A DNA stretch of 53,598 nucleotides from Phoronis australis. Its lineage: Eukaryota; Animalia; Phoronida. This document shows positions 13,130 through 25,120 of the stretch, piece after piece (position 1 is the first letter of the stretch; each line of letters begins with the position of its first letter). The notes under the pieces were generated by a model that was not told the DNA's origin, made no database searches, and saw only the letters and a list, made by a program, of their open reading frames with translations. Made by a program: the position numbers and the translations under genes. The DNA is taken from the NCBI GenBank assembly GCA_002633005.1, contig NMRA01000063.1:806267-859864 (forward strand), written 5' to 3'.

Positions 13130-13898
13130 TGTCACGTTTTTCCCCGTGTGTGGGTGGGCGCAGGTTGTTACAGACCGGTGCTAATAGCTTTCGGTGCGAA
13201 GATTGACTGAAGACTGGTTCGAGTTAATCCTTTATTAATCCCGACCGTACGTTCACAAGCCTACTCAAACAAAACGTCCGACGTAATGTCTGTTTATGCT
13301 CCAGCCAGTGCTGCGAAGCCTTGACTTGTATTGAACTTCTGAGATACTTCCAGCAACTGTTACAGTCGTTGATTCAATAACCTGCTGTCTCTATAGCTGG
13401 CTCTCTATTGACTATCGCTGTAACTGCTGATTCTCTTCACTGCAACTCAACTGTAGTTCTCCTGATAAACCTTCTTGAACTGGCTTGATCTGACTTGATC
13501 TCCCGACTTGATCTTATCTTTAACTCAACTCACTAACACAAACCCGTGCTTGTGTATTTATAGCCTAATGCATTGTTCTAGAACTTTTCATCAATTCAAG
13601 CACATACCAGAACTTTCTGGAACCTACCCAATCATTCTACAAACATGTACTAGTCTCTAGAATATTCCAGACTGCATTAACCACTGTCATGCTAGAGTCT
13701 TCTAGAAAGTTCCACACTATACTGTAGTAAACAAATTACATCATCACAGTTCTGACCTCAGTCTTCTAGAACGTTCCACACTATTTTGTAGTAAACAAAT
13801 TACATCATCACTATATTTAACTCAGGGGTCATGCTAATCAAACAGAATAACAAAACAAAACAATACAACTAAAAATACGGTCAGACCATATTCTGACA
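13130..13898 (-). mobile_element. Solo LTR (769 bp) with 5-bp TSD
   Basis: TGTCA...TGACA termini; TAGTC at 13125-13129 and 13899-13903; minus-strand TATAAATA (13555-13562) and AATAAA (13231-13236). Confidence 0.85.
13575..13776 (-). promoter_or_regulatory. Cluster of heat-shock-element-like nGAAn inverted arrays in LTR U3
   Basis: GAActTTCtgGAA (13610-13622), TTCtaGAAagTTC (13700-13712), TTCtaGAAcgTTC (13764-13776), plus two imperfect arrays, just upstream of the TATA box. Confidence 0.6.
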
Positions 13899-16354
13899 TA
13901 GTCGTTAATTAAGTAGACCTTCGACAATACAGTAGCCCCATCACGAACCCCATTTAGCGCCAAAAAAAAAACTTGAGACGGCGCTTGCACTAATCAAAGT
14001 CTACGACATCATCGTTACAACAAATTTGGCTTTCACCGTGTCTCCAGAGTATTGGAATCTGATGACTCGTTTTTAATTTAGTGCAAAATACGTGGAAAAT
14101 CAAGGAAACACATTAATTTTTCATTTCATGTCAGTTAATATTAAAACTAATCAAAATCACTACCTTTAGAATTTTTATTCAATTATTTAGCACACATTCT
14201 AATACGGGCCCATATGGGAATCCCCGGGAGTGTGACTGGTGCCGTCGAAACAGCCGGAAAAAACAAAAGGCTTCGTCTAAATTGTTATCAGCAAATTTCC
14301 CAATGTTTATTATAAAGTGTAACTTGTTTGATACAAAAACTTTGATGTTAGTAACTTTCCATTCATGTCTTTTTGAAGCCGAAGGTATGAACGCTGCGCG
14401 ATTCCAATACGGACGGCTGTCCAGTGTGTGTCCCGTATGAGTATAGACGACAACAGGCCATTTAATTTGGTGCAAAATCCTTAGAAACGTTAGGCTTACA
14501 GCACATATCAGCATGATCTTTTCGTACAATGCAACTATATTCAAATTCATTAAAAATTTCATTATTAGAAACTCAATTTTCAAAATAAGTCGCCTTGAAA
14601 TGCTGCAACCCGTAATCGGTCAAGCTAAAAAAAATTGAAAATTTAATAGCAACACAACATTGTGCGTATCTGTAATAAATTAAAACTACGAAATAAAGTC
14701 TGTATTGTATGAAAACATACCCAGTCATAAGAATTTGTAATCAATTGAACGTTTTAAATTCAGCATCAGAATTCCGTTAGGCCTACGGGAACGACCCAAA
14801 TCAGACAAAATATTCCGGATTTGGGCCGAATTCCCTATACTCTGGGCCGGAACAGTGACACGAAACGTGGAAGTGCACTTTGCAGATTTTTTGTAGCCAA
14901 CCAGCTAGCTGTTTGAAGGTTATCGCCAAAATACAGCTAGGTAACACTGTGACTTGAGCTCTGTTAAACCATAGACCATAGACTGTAGTCTATTACGAAA
15001 TTCCATAGGCCTACCTACAGACCGGGTATGAGTTGTGTTAGTCAACTCGTCCTAAAACTTATATCACAGAGCCAACGACCGACGTGCATGCTAAATCTGG
15101 GAGACAATTCGGACACTCACCTTGCCCGTTCAGTGCCAGTCGTTTAAGGGAAGAACAATCTAATAAACGTCATTTTCTAGCATTACTCTCGGCCTTTTGA
15201 GTTTTCTAACCAAGAAAGTCTGTTGTCTTTTTGAAACAGTACGCTCGTGAAACGCGCACGCGCCGTACTAAAATTTTGCGACTACTTTTGGGACATGATA
15301 ACAGCTTCGCAGCAGTAAATTTTGTTCTAAATTAGGTTTGTTGGTCTTAAAAATGCTAATAACTTGTGACGAAATGAGACCAGTTCCGACAATTCGTTGT
15401 GACAGTACGCAACCTCGTGGCAGCAAAGAACAGTTGATAGAAGAATAAACTGGGGGGAAAAGAAACTGTTCAGGTCAGGTGACGTAATCGCCAAACGCCA
15501 ACTCCCAATAGCGCACTTCAATTTTAGCAGTAGATGAGCGGTAGGCCTAGAACGATAATTCTTCCAACACCGGTAAATAATTTGGTTTACTCAAAGAGCG
15601 GTGCAGCTTTTAATGACACTATTTCTGAGTCAGATTTTATTTAGTCCTTTTTACCCACATCGACGTGAAGCTGTAGATTTTGTATACAGCTTTGCACCAA
15701 GCCTAAATCAGATCTTGCTGATCGGGAAAGTTTGCCGCCAGGCCTTGTCGTGGATACGGATCTATTCCACGCACGGCACACAACGTGATCGGTGGGGAAG
15801 TTGTGCAAATGTATCCCATTGCCACTGACATTGCTACACCCGCACACCACGCAAACAGGCATTTTAGCCCAGAGATCGACAAGTGCAGAACGTCCAAGAA
15901 ATGACACTCAGTTGTTACGCAGTGTGGCTCCCCAGTAAATTCGTGGCCACGATGATGTCATATGAACCACTTTACGCTGATTGGTTAAGATTTTTTCTGG
16001 GGCATTCAAAGGGGCTACGAATTATGAGCGGTGTAATTTGCGTCGCAATTAATTACTTTCCGTGGTATGTAAGAAGCAAAAACAATATTTTTTATGAACA
16101 ATACATGCATTTCTGGTGTCAAAAAGGTGTTTTAGCCGCTGGACGCTGTCTTTAAGGGGGCACGATTTCAAACCTTTGGCATGAATGAATGTTGTAAAAA
16201 TTGATTTTGACTGATGTTTATTCATCAACAATATAGACAGAACAGTTACAGACTCTGACCGCTTTTGTTAACGTCTTGAGCCAATGATACAAATAATTTC
16301 TACCATGATTGATAACAAGTTCTACTGAGATGAGGTATGATGTAATATGCATGC

Positions 16355-16475
16355 ATAACACTGTATGCAGAGACATGAAGCTTGAAACGCTCTCTTATCA
16401 TCCCTTGTAATTCTGTGGCAGTTGTTTCATCATTTTCTTTCATCTGTTGGTCGATGAATGCACGTGCAGTCTTCA
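16355..16475 (-). pseudogene. Short fragment resembling the HTH region of a Tc1-like transposase
   Basis: AFIDQQMKENDETTATELQGMIRERFKLHVS; recognised by resemblance only. Confidence 0.4.
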
Positions 16476-16553
16476 AATGTAGAACAGTACACAAAAATAA
16501 TGACAACTCAAATTTCTAATTAACACTGTAATAAAACCTATGGACCTTCTTAC

Positions 16554-16657
16554 CTCCAAAAACTTTGAAGTCTTTCGCAGGGCTTCTGCCAACAAAGTCA
16601 TGTCACTTGTGATGGCCTTCATCTTATTGAAGTTCTCAAAAACATTCAACTCAACAT
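16554..16657 (-). CDS. LARP7: La-related protein 7-like, coding exon 3 (La motif, second half)
   Basis: tttatttcag|AT GTT GAG...TTG GAG|gtaaga; (Y)VELNVFENFNKMKAITSDMTLLAEALRKTSKFLE; phase matches the exon at 22900-22978. Confidence 0.88.
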
Positions 16658-16778
16658 CTGAAATAAAAGATGTAATAAGCATTTTGTAAAAGTTAATTCA
16701 AACAAATCAAATGCATTGCTGTGGTCGGTATGACACCCACAATTCCATTTTTTAAATTACCGACTTGAACACTCAGGA

Positions 16779-17010
16779 AGTTAATGTGGATGGGTATGGT
16801 GTCAAGTCAATGTTGATGGGTATGATGTCAAGTTCATGTGGATGGGTATGATGTCAAGTTAATGTGGATGGGTATGATGTCAAGTCAATGTGGATGGGTA
16901 TGATGTCAAGTTAATGTTGATGGGTATGGTGTTAAGTTAATGTTGATGGGTATGGTGTCAAGTTAATGTGGAGGGGTATGATGTCAAGTCAATGGGGATG
17001 GGTATGGTGT
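16779..17010. repeat. 26-bp minisatellite, ~9 copies
   Basis: Unit gtcaagttaatgtggatgggtatgat. Confidence 0.9.
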
Positions 17011-17536
17011 GAACAGTAATATCTGTGCAGTAAAGGACAACATGTCTGTTGTATATGTTAGTTTTTGTTTTCGTTTTTAGAATAGGTCAAAACTGTCAAC
17101 TTGTATAATTTCATAAAAATGCATCTCAAAGCATTCTAAACAAGATTATAGTCAATCACACTTAAAAATAATCACGACTTCATTGCCTGATATGGTGATA
17201 CTTATCATAATGATAAGGATCATTTTGGAAAAGTGGACCTGAATGAATTGACCCACACAGCCTCAGCTGGAGGGGATAACTTGAAAGAGTCGCGAACCAT
17301 GTTATATTACCGGTATGTCCTTTTTAGGTTCCAATTTTAAAGGGTCCATTGGCCCTTGCTAAGGAATCACAGCGCATCAATGAAATTATTCTTGCATGCT
17401 CCTAAAATTATAAGTGCAATGTGGATACATAAAATGATGGTGCATTTCACCTTGCCAAATAAAGTAATACAAGGTCAACCAAAAAACAAACCTCATTTCA
17501 ATTAAAGCTCAACTTCAATGGAATTTTGTTATTTTA

Positions 17537-18061
17537 GATGACCACTGAGGTTTACTACTAGTAAAGCTGTCATAGAGAAAATGAAAAGATTCTTTGCAAC
17601 ACACGGAATTCCGCAGAGACTAATTTCTTACAACAGTCCCCAGCATGTACCCGAGAAGTTCAGACACTTTGCAAAAGAATTGGATTTTAGCCACAACACG
17701 TCAAGCCCCCCGATATCCGCAATCGAATGGTCTCGCTGAGAGAACAGTTCAAACTATGAAACATCTACTGCCCAAGATGATGGGAAGTGGCAATGACTCC
17801 TACATTGTATTGCTAGAATATCGCAGTGCACCAATAACCGATGGAAAGTCCCCGAGTGAAATGCTAGTCACGCCGCTTACATTGTTTTACCCATGACCCT
17901 GATGAACTGAAGCCGTCGATGGTAAAACCATCAGTCCGTGAATCAATGGTGAATTGCCAAAGGAAACAAAAACAATATTTTGATCATGCATGTAAACCAC
18001 TCAAACCACTCAACATTGGCGATTCTGTCCACATTCTACAAGACAAGACATGGACACCTGC
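17537..18061 (+). pseudogene. Gypsy/Ty3 integrase remnant (K02A2.6-like), 5' part; continues at 22655
   Basis: TTSKAVIEKMKRFFATHGIPQRLIS; SPRYPQSNGLAERTVQTMK; LLEYRSAP..GKSPSEML; KQKQYFD..KPLKPLNIGDSV...WTPA; contains frameshifts. Confidence 0.85.
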
Positions 18062-18620
18062 TTAAAGGAGAATGCCACCCGATTTCATTAGTCTTTTTTA
18101 CCATCTTAATCGGTCTATATCCACATCGCCTCTTATACGGTCGACCTCACCTTGGTGAGAAGTGTCACATTAACCTGTGAGGAAGGTGAGAAACGACGCA
18201 GCGACGTCAGTGGTTCGTCTGCAGAGTTAATGCTGCTATATTGCGGTGCATCGTTCCCACTTGTCCGAACTATGAAGCTGTGAAGAAAGCGAGTATATCG
18301 TGTTTTTCGACTTCCTCGAGAGGCCGAAATGCTTAGGAAGTGGCTCGCGGTAGTTAAGAATGAAAGGTAAGCTGTTAATAGCAAGTATGAGGCCATGAAA
18401 CATCTCTGTCTGTAGCCGGCATTTCGTCGACAGTCATTTCTCTGAAGAATTCCGGCTTACCAAAGAACAATCCATACGTTCCGTTGCTTGTGCATGTTCA
18501 CGGCGCCTCTCTAGCATTTCTTGATCAGTGTATTCCGGTTCGAACTGATAACCTGTGAAGCCTAACTATCCGACCCAAGAAGTCTTCGCCCCATGAGATC
18601 TTGACTAATTAGTTGGGATT

Positions 18621-18856
18621 TTTTTTATTTTTTAATTGCAGGTGGTCTGATACACGTTGTACCAGACGTGCGCAGGCCTCGCATGTGCGCCCATTGCACT
18701 GATCACCTGGAAATATTTTTATGCTTTATTAATATAAGGTTAAAACCGAGCTGAGGAGCTAGAAACCTGGCTCAAGGGTTTACCAGAGTGACCTAGTGAG
18801 ACTCGAACCCACGACCTCGAGTAAAGAAAGCGGGCACTTATCAACCAAGCCACACT
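18621..18856 (-). mobile_element. tRNA-derived SINE (~236 bp) with A-rich tail
   Basis: TSD GTTGGGATT (18612-18620, 18857-18865); minus-strand A-box TGGCTTGGTTG and B-box GGTTCGAGTC; T-run at 18621-18633; absent from copy B. Confidence 0.85.
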
Positions 18857-19365
18857 GTTGGGATTGGCGCCAGGGGAGTTGCCACGTATTCTGCGTTCTG
18901 TTTCAAAATGAATTATTCTCATCCTAACCAATACTTATATAAAACTGAAACAAAGTCCGTCTCATTAGATGCAATTTGTAATGTCTTTGCAGTATTCATG
19001 AGTGCAAATGTTGAGAATCCAGCAATGAATAAACCACTGCATTACCGGCTTTTGATGCTGGCAATTAATAAAGGTAATTGACCAGGCACTGAGGCCGTGT
19101 GAGCGCATGCTAATTCAGTGTTTGCTGACAGAAAGCTGTAACGAAGCAATTACTCGATTTTATATCCTATGGTCACATGTTAGGGGAATTTTTATTTAGA
19201 AATACAAGTACATTATTCAAATCATTGTTACTGTACAACCTTTGCCCTGACGGTCTGTGGAAGGAGAATCCGACTTCGCGGCCCCCGAAAAGTAAGTAGA
19301 TTTTCAGTTTCGTGGCTAATTCACAAAATAATTATGTGCACATTATTTCTTTGGCTCACTATTAT

Positions 19366-20856
19366 CAGTGTTGTAGTGGGACGTACGCGCATGTAGGCGC
19401 AGCCAACCACCTTTTGGCATTTGAACGTAGCGCCTACGCACTATAAGTTACGTTCAGTGCTCAAGGTGATACGGTGGGCTTTCAGAGCCTACTTACCTCA
19501 GTTATACTTTCGAGTGGTATTGAAAATGGAATGCATTTGAACTTTATTAGGCAAAACAAGAACCCGGCAAAACCATTCTGTTTGGGAAATCGTTCCCCAT
19601 GCGGAACAGTTCCGCATGGGGAAGAGTTCCACATGTGGAACCAATCTGCAACTGTCACATTTATTAATTATTGTTAGGGTAGAAATTCTGATACATTTAT
19701 GTTTCATGCTTCTTGCACAATAAGATTTGAATATTTCTTGGCTTGTGTTAAGGTTCTACGAAAAGCAGTAAAATAGCATAGACAAGATGTCAATTTTTCC
19801 TTGAGTCTGCTTGAGGTAGGTTTCTACATCACAAATCATTTAGAAACTTCCCCACTGATTAATCATTGTTCATGTTGACACATAGATATTTTTATGTGTT
19901 ATTGAGAATAGAATATATTTCAACTTAAATGTGCAAGAGATATTTTAAAAAATTGTGAGATCCACAAAATTATCGTTTGCGGAATGGTTCCGCAACTGTC
20001 ACATTGATCAACTAATTACTGTTAGGATTGTCACATTGATACTTTCAAGTGGCATTGACAATGGAATGCATCTTCAGTTGATTGGGCAAACAAATGGTTC
20101 CGCATGCGGAACAGTGCCGCAAGTGTTACTTTTATAAATTAATGATTGTTAGGGTAGAAATTAGGATACTTTTATGTTTAATGCTTGTTGCACATTAAGA
20201 TTTGAATATTTCGTGGCTTGTGTTAAGGTTGTACCAACAGCGGTAAAATGGCAGACGAGATGTCAATTTTCCCTGAGTCTGCTTGAGGTAGGTTTCTGCA
20301 TCCCAAATCATTCAGCAAGTTCCCCGCTGATTAATCATTGTTCGTGTTGACACATTGATATTTTTATGTGTTATTGAGAATAGAATATATTTCAACTTAA
20401 ATGCGCAAGAAAATTTTTTTAAAAATCGTGAGATCCACAAAACTATTCCGCATGTCCTGAGTTAAACTTTTCTGTTTGTGGAACCCTTCTGCAACTGTCA
20501 CATTGATCTTTAAAAACAAATCATTATTTTGATTATTATTCTATAAAATATAAATAATATTTCGCAAGTCACAGTATTCCACAAAACTTGCGCAGTATTT
20601 TGCAAGTGCGTAATATTCCGCAAAATCTGCGTAGTATTCCGCAAAATGTGCGGAATGTTCTGCAAAATGTGCGGAATATTCCGCATGGCAAAAATTGAAC
20701 TTTTAATTAAGAAAATGCTGATGGAGGAAATAAAAATGTAACATTGTAAACATGTTTAGGGTAAGATATAGATTTGTTTGATACCATTTTTATGGCCCTA
20801 AGTGGATATAAAAAAGTGCGAATACCTTTCCGCACACTTCGAGACTAACAGCACTG
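19366..20856. mobile_element. Non-autonomous hAT element with 8-bp TSD
   Basis: CAGTGTTGTAGT...ACTAACAGCACTG; ACTATTAT at 19358-19365 and 20857-20864, single copy at the empty site in copy B; internal ~480-bp duplication and CCGCA subterminal repeats. Confidence 0.85.
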
Positions 20857-21501
20857 ACTATTATTGTCTTTTCGTGCTTGGAAGTTTAGTTTCCAACTCA
20901 AGCTGGTTTATGTTCGAGCCAGTCCCGGCGGCCATGTCAGGCCTGATCGGGTTCCGAGCTACTGGCCAGGATGATGAGTCAGTCGGGCCGCGACGGGCCT
21001 GATCAGGTTTCGAGCCACTGGCCGGGATAACAAGTATTTTGTGTGTTTAGAACTGAAAAAATCACAAGTATGAACAAAACAGATCTAGGTTCTCTTGTCT
21101 GTATTTCACGGAAGAATAATTCAAATTTATTTCCGAAGAAACCCCAAACTCCTGCTACAGACCTTGGTAAATTGGCTTGCCGAACTTTGTAGGCTACGGT
21201 GTGTCCAAATACCAATAAATCCGTAACAGCGAAATAAAACAACACCTTTTTATGAGGACTCGGTGTATTTTTAAGGGTTTTACATCGAAGTTTGGTGATT
21301 TATTGGTGTTAAACGATGAATTCAAGCAATAAGCTGACACCAGTAACCCGTGTTGTGAACTGCTGAACAGACTGCGTGTGAAACCAATGACGTCATTGGA
21401 TATGTTCAACACCACCGTCTGCAGTCAGGTGTCAGGTAACGCAACGGAAGGTGCCGTTATCGAGTAGAACTACTCGATCTAAATTGATACAAAATAGGTT
21501 G

Positions 21502-22624
21502 CAGGGCTCGACATAACGAGCTGCAGGTCGCATTTGCGACCTGAAATTTGGAAATGCGAGCTGAGATTTTTGTCAGCTCGTATCAAGTCGCAAAATGCGA
21601 CCTGGAATTTCCAACGAATGCGAGCTGAGTTTTTACACTTCTCAACAGATACCTGGCAAATACAANNNNNNNNNNNNNNNNNNNNNNNNNNNNNNNNNNN
21701 NNNNNNNNNNNNNNNNNNNNNNNNNNNNNNNNNNNNNNNNNNNNNNNNNNNNNNNNNNTTTCTTACCATTGCAGCGTTTTAATATCTTAATACCGCAAAC
21801 ACTGAGGTTAACGACTATGCTCACGCACAAGCCTACTCCCTACCTTTAAAGTGTTTCATAATAAGCGCTCACTGATCTATTAAAAGTCCCCCTTAAATTT
21901 TGAGAATTTCCAATTAAGCGACCACAGTTCAAGCTAGCGCCCATCATAGCGCACTACAAACGACCGCGTGTGGTTTAAAATTGACACGCAGCTTATATGG
22001 TGTGTCACTTTCATTTTACACAACTTCAGTTTTCAAAAAAGTCTTTTCACAATATGTAAAAACCAAATCCCGGATTTGTTTTATACCTCGGAAAGAAAGT
22101 TAACACTAGTGACCTGCGTGTCGTTTTGTGACTGACCTATTTTTTCCGTACTTGGAAGGTATTGAAGAGCAAACTCGCCATTACCCGAGTTAGTTTGAAT
22201 CTTTAACGACTTTGATGACAGCCAGTAGCAGGCCAGATCTAACAAAATCCCGGATACTTTTTCAACGGGCATTTTCTCCCTTTTCACATCGCAAATTTAG
22301 CTACTCGAATGCACAAGTTAGTTAGAGAGCACTAATTCAACTTTCACATCGGCAACTTGTCTTGCGCTCTAGAGTCTTTCAATGGTGGTCGTGAAGAAAA
22401 GTAAGGCCATACCTGCATGAATTTGTGAGTATTTAACGCTGCAGGTAAGAGCATAATCTAAACATTTTCTTGATGATCTAAAAAATCTATTTTGGCGCGT
22501 AAAAATGGCGGGAAAATTTTGCCACCTGGCATTTACGAATGCGAGCTGGATTTTGAAAATGCGACCTGGGATTTTGGCTAGGTCGCAAAATGCGACCTGG
22601 CGATTTTAATAGCGTCGAGCCCTG
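21502..22624 (+). mobile_element. Non-autonomous hAT-like element, 5-bp TSD family 2, copy 1 (spans gap)
   Basis: CAGGGCTCGAC...GTCGAGCCCTG; GGTTG at 21497-21501 and 22625-22629; GCGACC subterminal repeats. Confidence 0.85.
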
Positions 22625-22654
22625 GGTTGTTATTTGGGTGGCATTCTTCTTTAA

Positions 22655-22755
22655 GTCATGGAGAAAAATGACACTCGATCATATATCGTAACCACACCAG
22701 ATGGAGTCAGTTACTGTGGTAATCGTCAACATCTGATGAAAACCAATGAATCCGT
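22655..22755 (+). pseudogene. Gypsy integrase remnant, 3' part
   Basis: VMEKNDTRSYIVTTPDGVSYCGNRQHL continues WTPA across the TTAA insertion site. Confidence 0.8.
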
Positions 22756-22899
22756 ACAAAAACATAGACGCAGTCAGTTTGCACAGAATTTTTTCTTTCA
22801 AAAAATTACTACATTATATAATTTCATGGATCTCCCTGTATTTATCAAGCAACAGGAACAGCAACAAGTGGGACATCTTATACACTGTTTAGGACTTAC

Positions 22900-22978
22900 A
22901 TCCGGTGTCAGATTCATCAATAAGTTTCTTCAGGAAACGGTCTCTGTGTAGATTTGCATCACTGAAGTAGAATTCCAT
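22900..22978 (-). CDS. LARP7: La-related protein 7-like, coding exon 2 (La motif, first half)
   Basis: tttcatttcag|ATG GAA TTC...GGA T|gtaagt; MEFYFSDANLHRDRFLKKLIDESDTG, similar to LARP7 VDFWFGDANLHKDRFL. Confidence 0.92.
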
Positions 22979-23185
22979 CTGAAATGAAACGAATGGCCAT
23001 CTGCAATTTCAAAATTTCATTTTGTTATGCACAATTAAAAAGCAGTTCATAACTGCAGATAGAACTCTTGCAAAATGACTTTAAATAAAAGAGGAAAAGT
23101 GACAATCTTGTGATCACCACTTTTTATGCCCAGAGGTTACTTCTGAAAACAACGATTCTTGAAGAAGTAATAAAAAACAAGAAGA

Positions 23186-24416
23186 TTTGAACATGTAAAG
23201 ACACAGGTTTAACCAATTTCAACATGTAAAGATGCAGGTTTAACTGATTTCAACATGTAAAGACACAGGTTTAACTAATTTCAAGATGTAAAGACGCAGG
23301 TTTAACTGATTTCAACATGTAAAGACGCAGGTTTAACTGATTTCAACATGTAAAGACACAGGTTTAACTAATTTCAACATGTAAAGAAGCAGGTTTATTG
23401 ATTTCAACATGTAAAGATGCAGGTTTAACTGATTTCAACATGTAAAGACGCAGGTTTAACTGATTTCAACATGTAAAGACGCAGGTTTAACTAATTTCAA
23501 CATGTAAAGACGTAGGTTTAACTGATTTCAACACGTAAAGACGCAGGTTTAATTAATCTTAACATGTAAAGACGCAGGTTTAACTGATTTCAACATGTAA
23601 AGACGCAGGTTTAACTGATTTCAACATGTAAAGACACAGGTTTAACTAATTTCAACATGTAAAGACACAGGTTTAACCAATTTCAACATGTAAAGATGCA
23701 GGTTTAACTGATTTCAACATGTAAAGACACAGGTTTAACTAATTTCAACATGTAAAGACACAGGTTTAACTGATTTCAACATGTAAAGACGCAGGTTTAA
23801 GTGATTTCAACATGTAAATACGCAGGTTTCACTGATTTCAACACGTAAAGACACAGGTTTAACTAATTTCAACACGTAAAGACGCAGGTTTAACTGATTT
23901 CAACACGTAAAGAAGCAGGTTTAACTGATTTCAACACGTAAAGACGCAGGTTTAACTGATTTCAACATGTAAATATGCAGGTTTCACTGATTTCAACAAG
24001 CAAAGACGCAGGTTTCACTGATTTCAACACATAAAGACGCAGGTTTAACTAATTTCAACATGTAAAGATGCAGGTTTAACCGATTTCAACACGTAAAGAC
24101 GCAGGTGTAACTGATTTCAACATGTAAATACGCAGGTTTCACTGATTTCAACAAGTAAAGACGCAGGTTTCACTAATTTCAACACGTAAAGACGCAGGTT
24201 TAACTAATTTCAACATGTAAAGATGCAGGTTTAACTGATTTCAACATGTAAAGACGCAGCTTTAACTGATTTCAACATGTAAAGATGCAGGTTTAATTAA
24301 TTTCAACATGTAAAGACACAGGTTTAACTGATTTCAACATGTAAAGATGCAGGTTTAACTAATTTCAACATGTAAATACGCAGGTTTAACTGATTTCAAC
24401 ATGTAAAGACGCAGGT
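23186..24416. repeat. 31-bp minisatellite, ~40 copies, intronic
   Basis: Unit tttcaacatgtaaagacgcaggtttaactga. Confidence 0.95.
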
Positions 24417-24418
24417 AC

Positions 24419-24532
24419 CTGATTCCGTATTTCTTTATACTTCCCTTTCATCCTCATTCTTCCTTCTTTCTTGTTTGCTTGGTCCTCACTACTGGATTGC
24501 TGGCATTCAATCACTGGCATTTCTTCAGTCAT
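24419..24532 (-). CDS. LARP7: La-related protein 7-like, coding exon 1 (start codon)
   Basis: Acceptor ctcttacag|24574; ATG at 24532; MTEEMPVIECQQSSSEDQANKKEGRMRMKGKYKEIRNQ|gtacct; phase-0 join to MEFYFSD. Confidence 0.82.
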
Positions 24533-24949
24533 TCTCAGTGGTTATTTGGCATCAACTCGCAGCAACTGGCTGGACTGTAAGAGAAGGTGATCATAGTGAC
24601 CGTAGTTTTGGGTAAATAAGCAATCTACTTTCATCCGATAGCATTAATTACAAGTCAGTGATGCCTCAAAGCCAATGCACAGATCAGGCTCTGAGCTGGC
24701 CTTAGGTAGGTGGAGGGAACTGCGATCTACTGTCAGATATGCAGACCACATGTTGTCTAACAGCTATCAATTGGTAGTTTTTCACGCTTTCTCAGGGCTA
24801 TATACTTAATTGTGACAGTGCACCAGTAGGTGATATCTTATGACATTGAAGCAGGTAAAGTAAAAAACTTGTGATAATGTATGATAAGAAATAAGTGGAT
24901 TGTCCACAGTCGGAATTTATTAAGTTGCCCAAGACAAGAGATAAATCAT

Positions 24950-25120
24950 GTAGTTACCCAAATGCACATACAATGCCTGTGTGACTGCCATGAGTTTACC
25001 TATCACATAAACTCTACTATATCGGATGAACACAGAAAAATCAGGAACAACAACTGACAATCGAACTACAGGTCTCTAGAATGCCAGCCTTAAGTGCTCT
25101 TACCACTGAGCTACTGAGGC
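24950..25120 (-). mobile_element. Decayed tRNA-derived SINE
   Basis: Minus-strand ggcctcagTAGCTCAGTGGtaagagca...AGTTCGATT; 3' boundary uncertain. Confidence 0.55.

Larger units (their letters stand above)
13039..16151 (-). mobile_element. Second TTAA-flanked Kolobok-like element with THAP remnant (degenerate TIRs), carrying a solo LTR
   Basis: TTAA|AGGCC at 13035 and GTCT|TTAA at ~16152; weakly similar subterminal sequences; minus-strand MPVCVVCGCSN..GIHLHNFPTD..CRAWNRSV at ~15740-15862. Confidence 0.45.
18066..22650 (+). mobile_element. Kolobok-like element, copy C, carrying three nested insertions
   Basis: TTAA|AGGAGAATGCCACCC ... GGGTGGCATTCTTCT|TTAA; colinear with copy B once the inserts are removed. 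Confidence 0.85.

Noticed and set aside
23186-24416. CRISPR-like array of ~31-bp repeats
   Set aside because: Units are head-to-tail with no unique spacers, in a eukaryotic intron.
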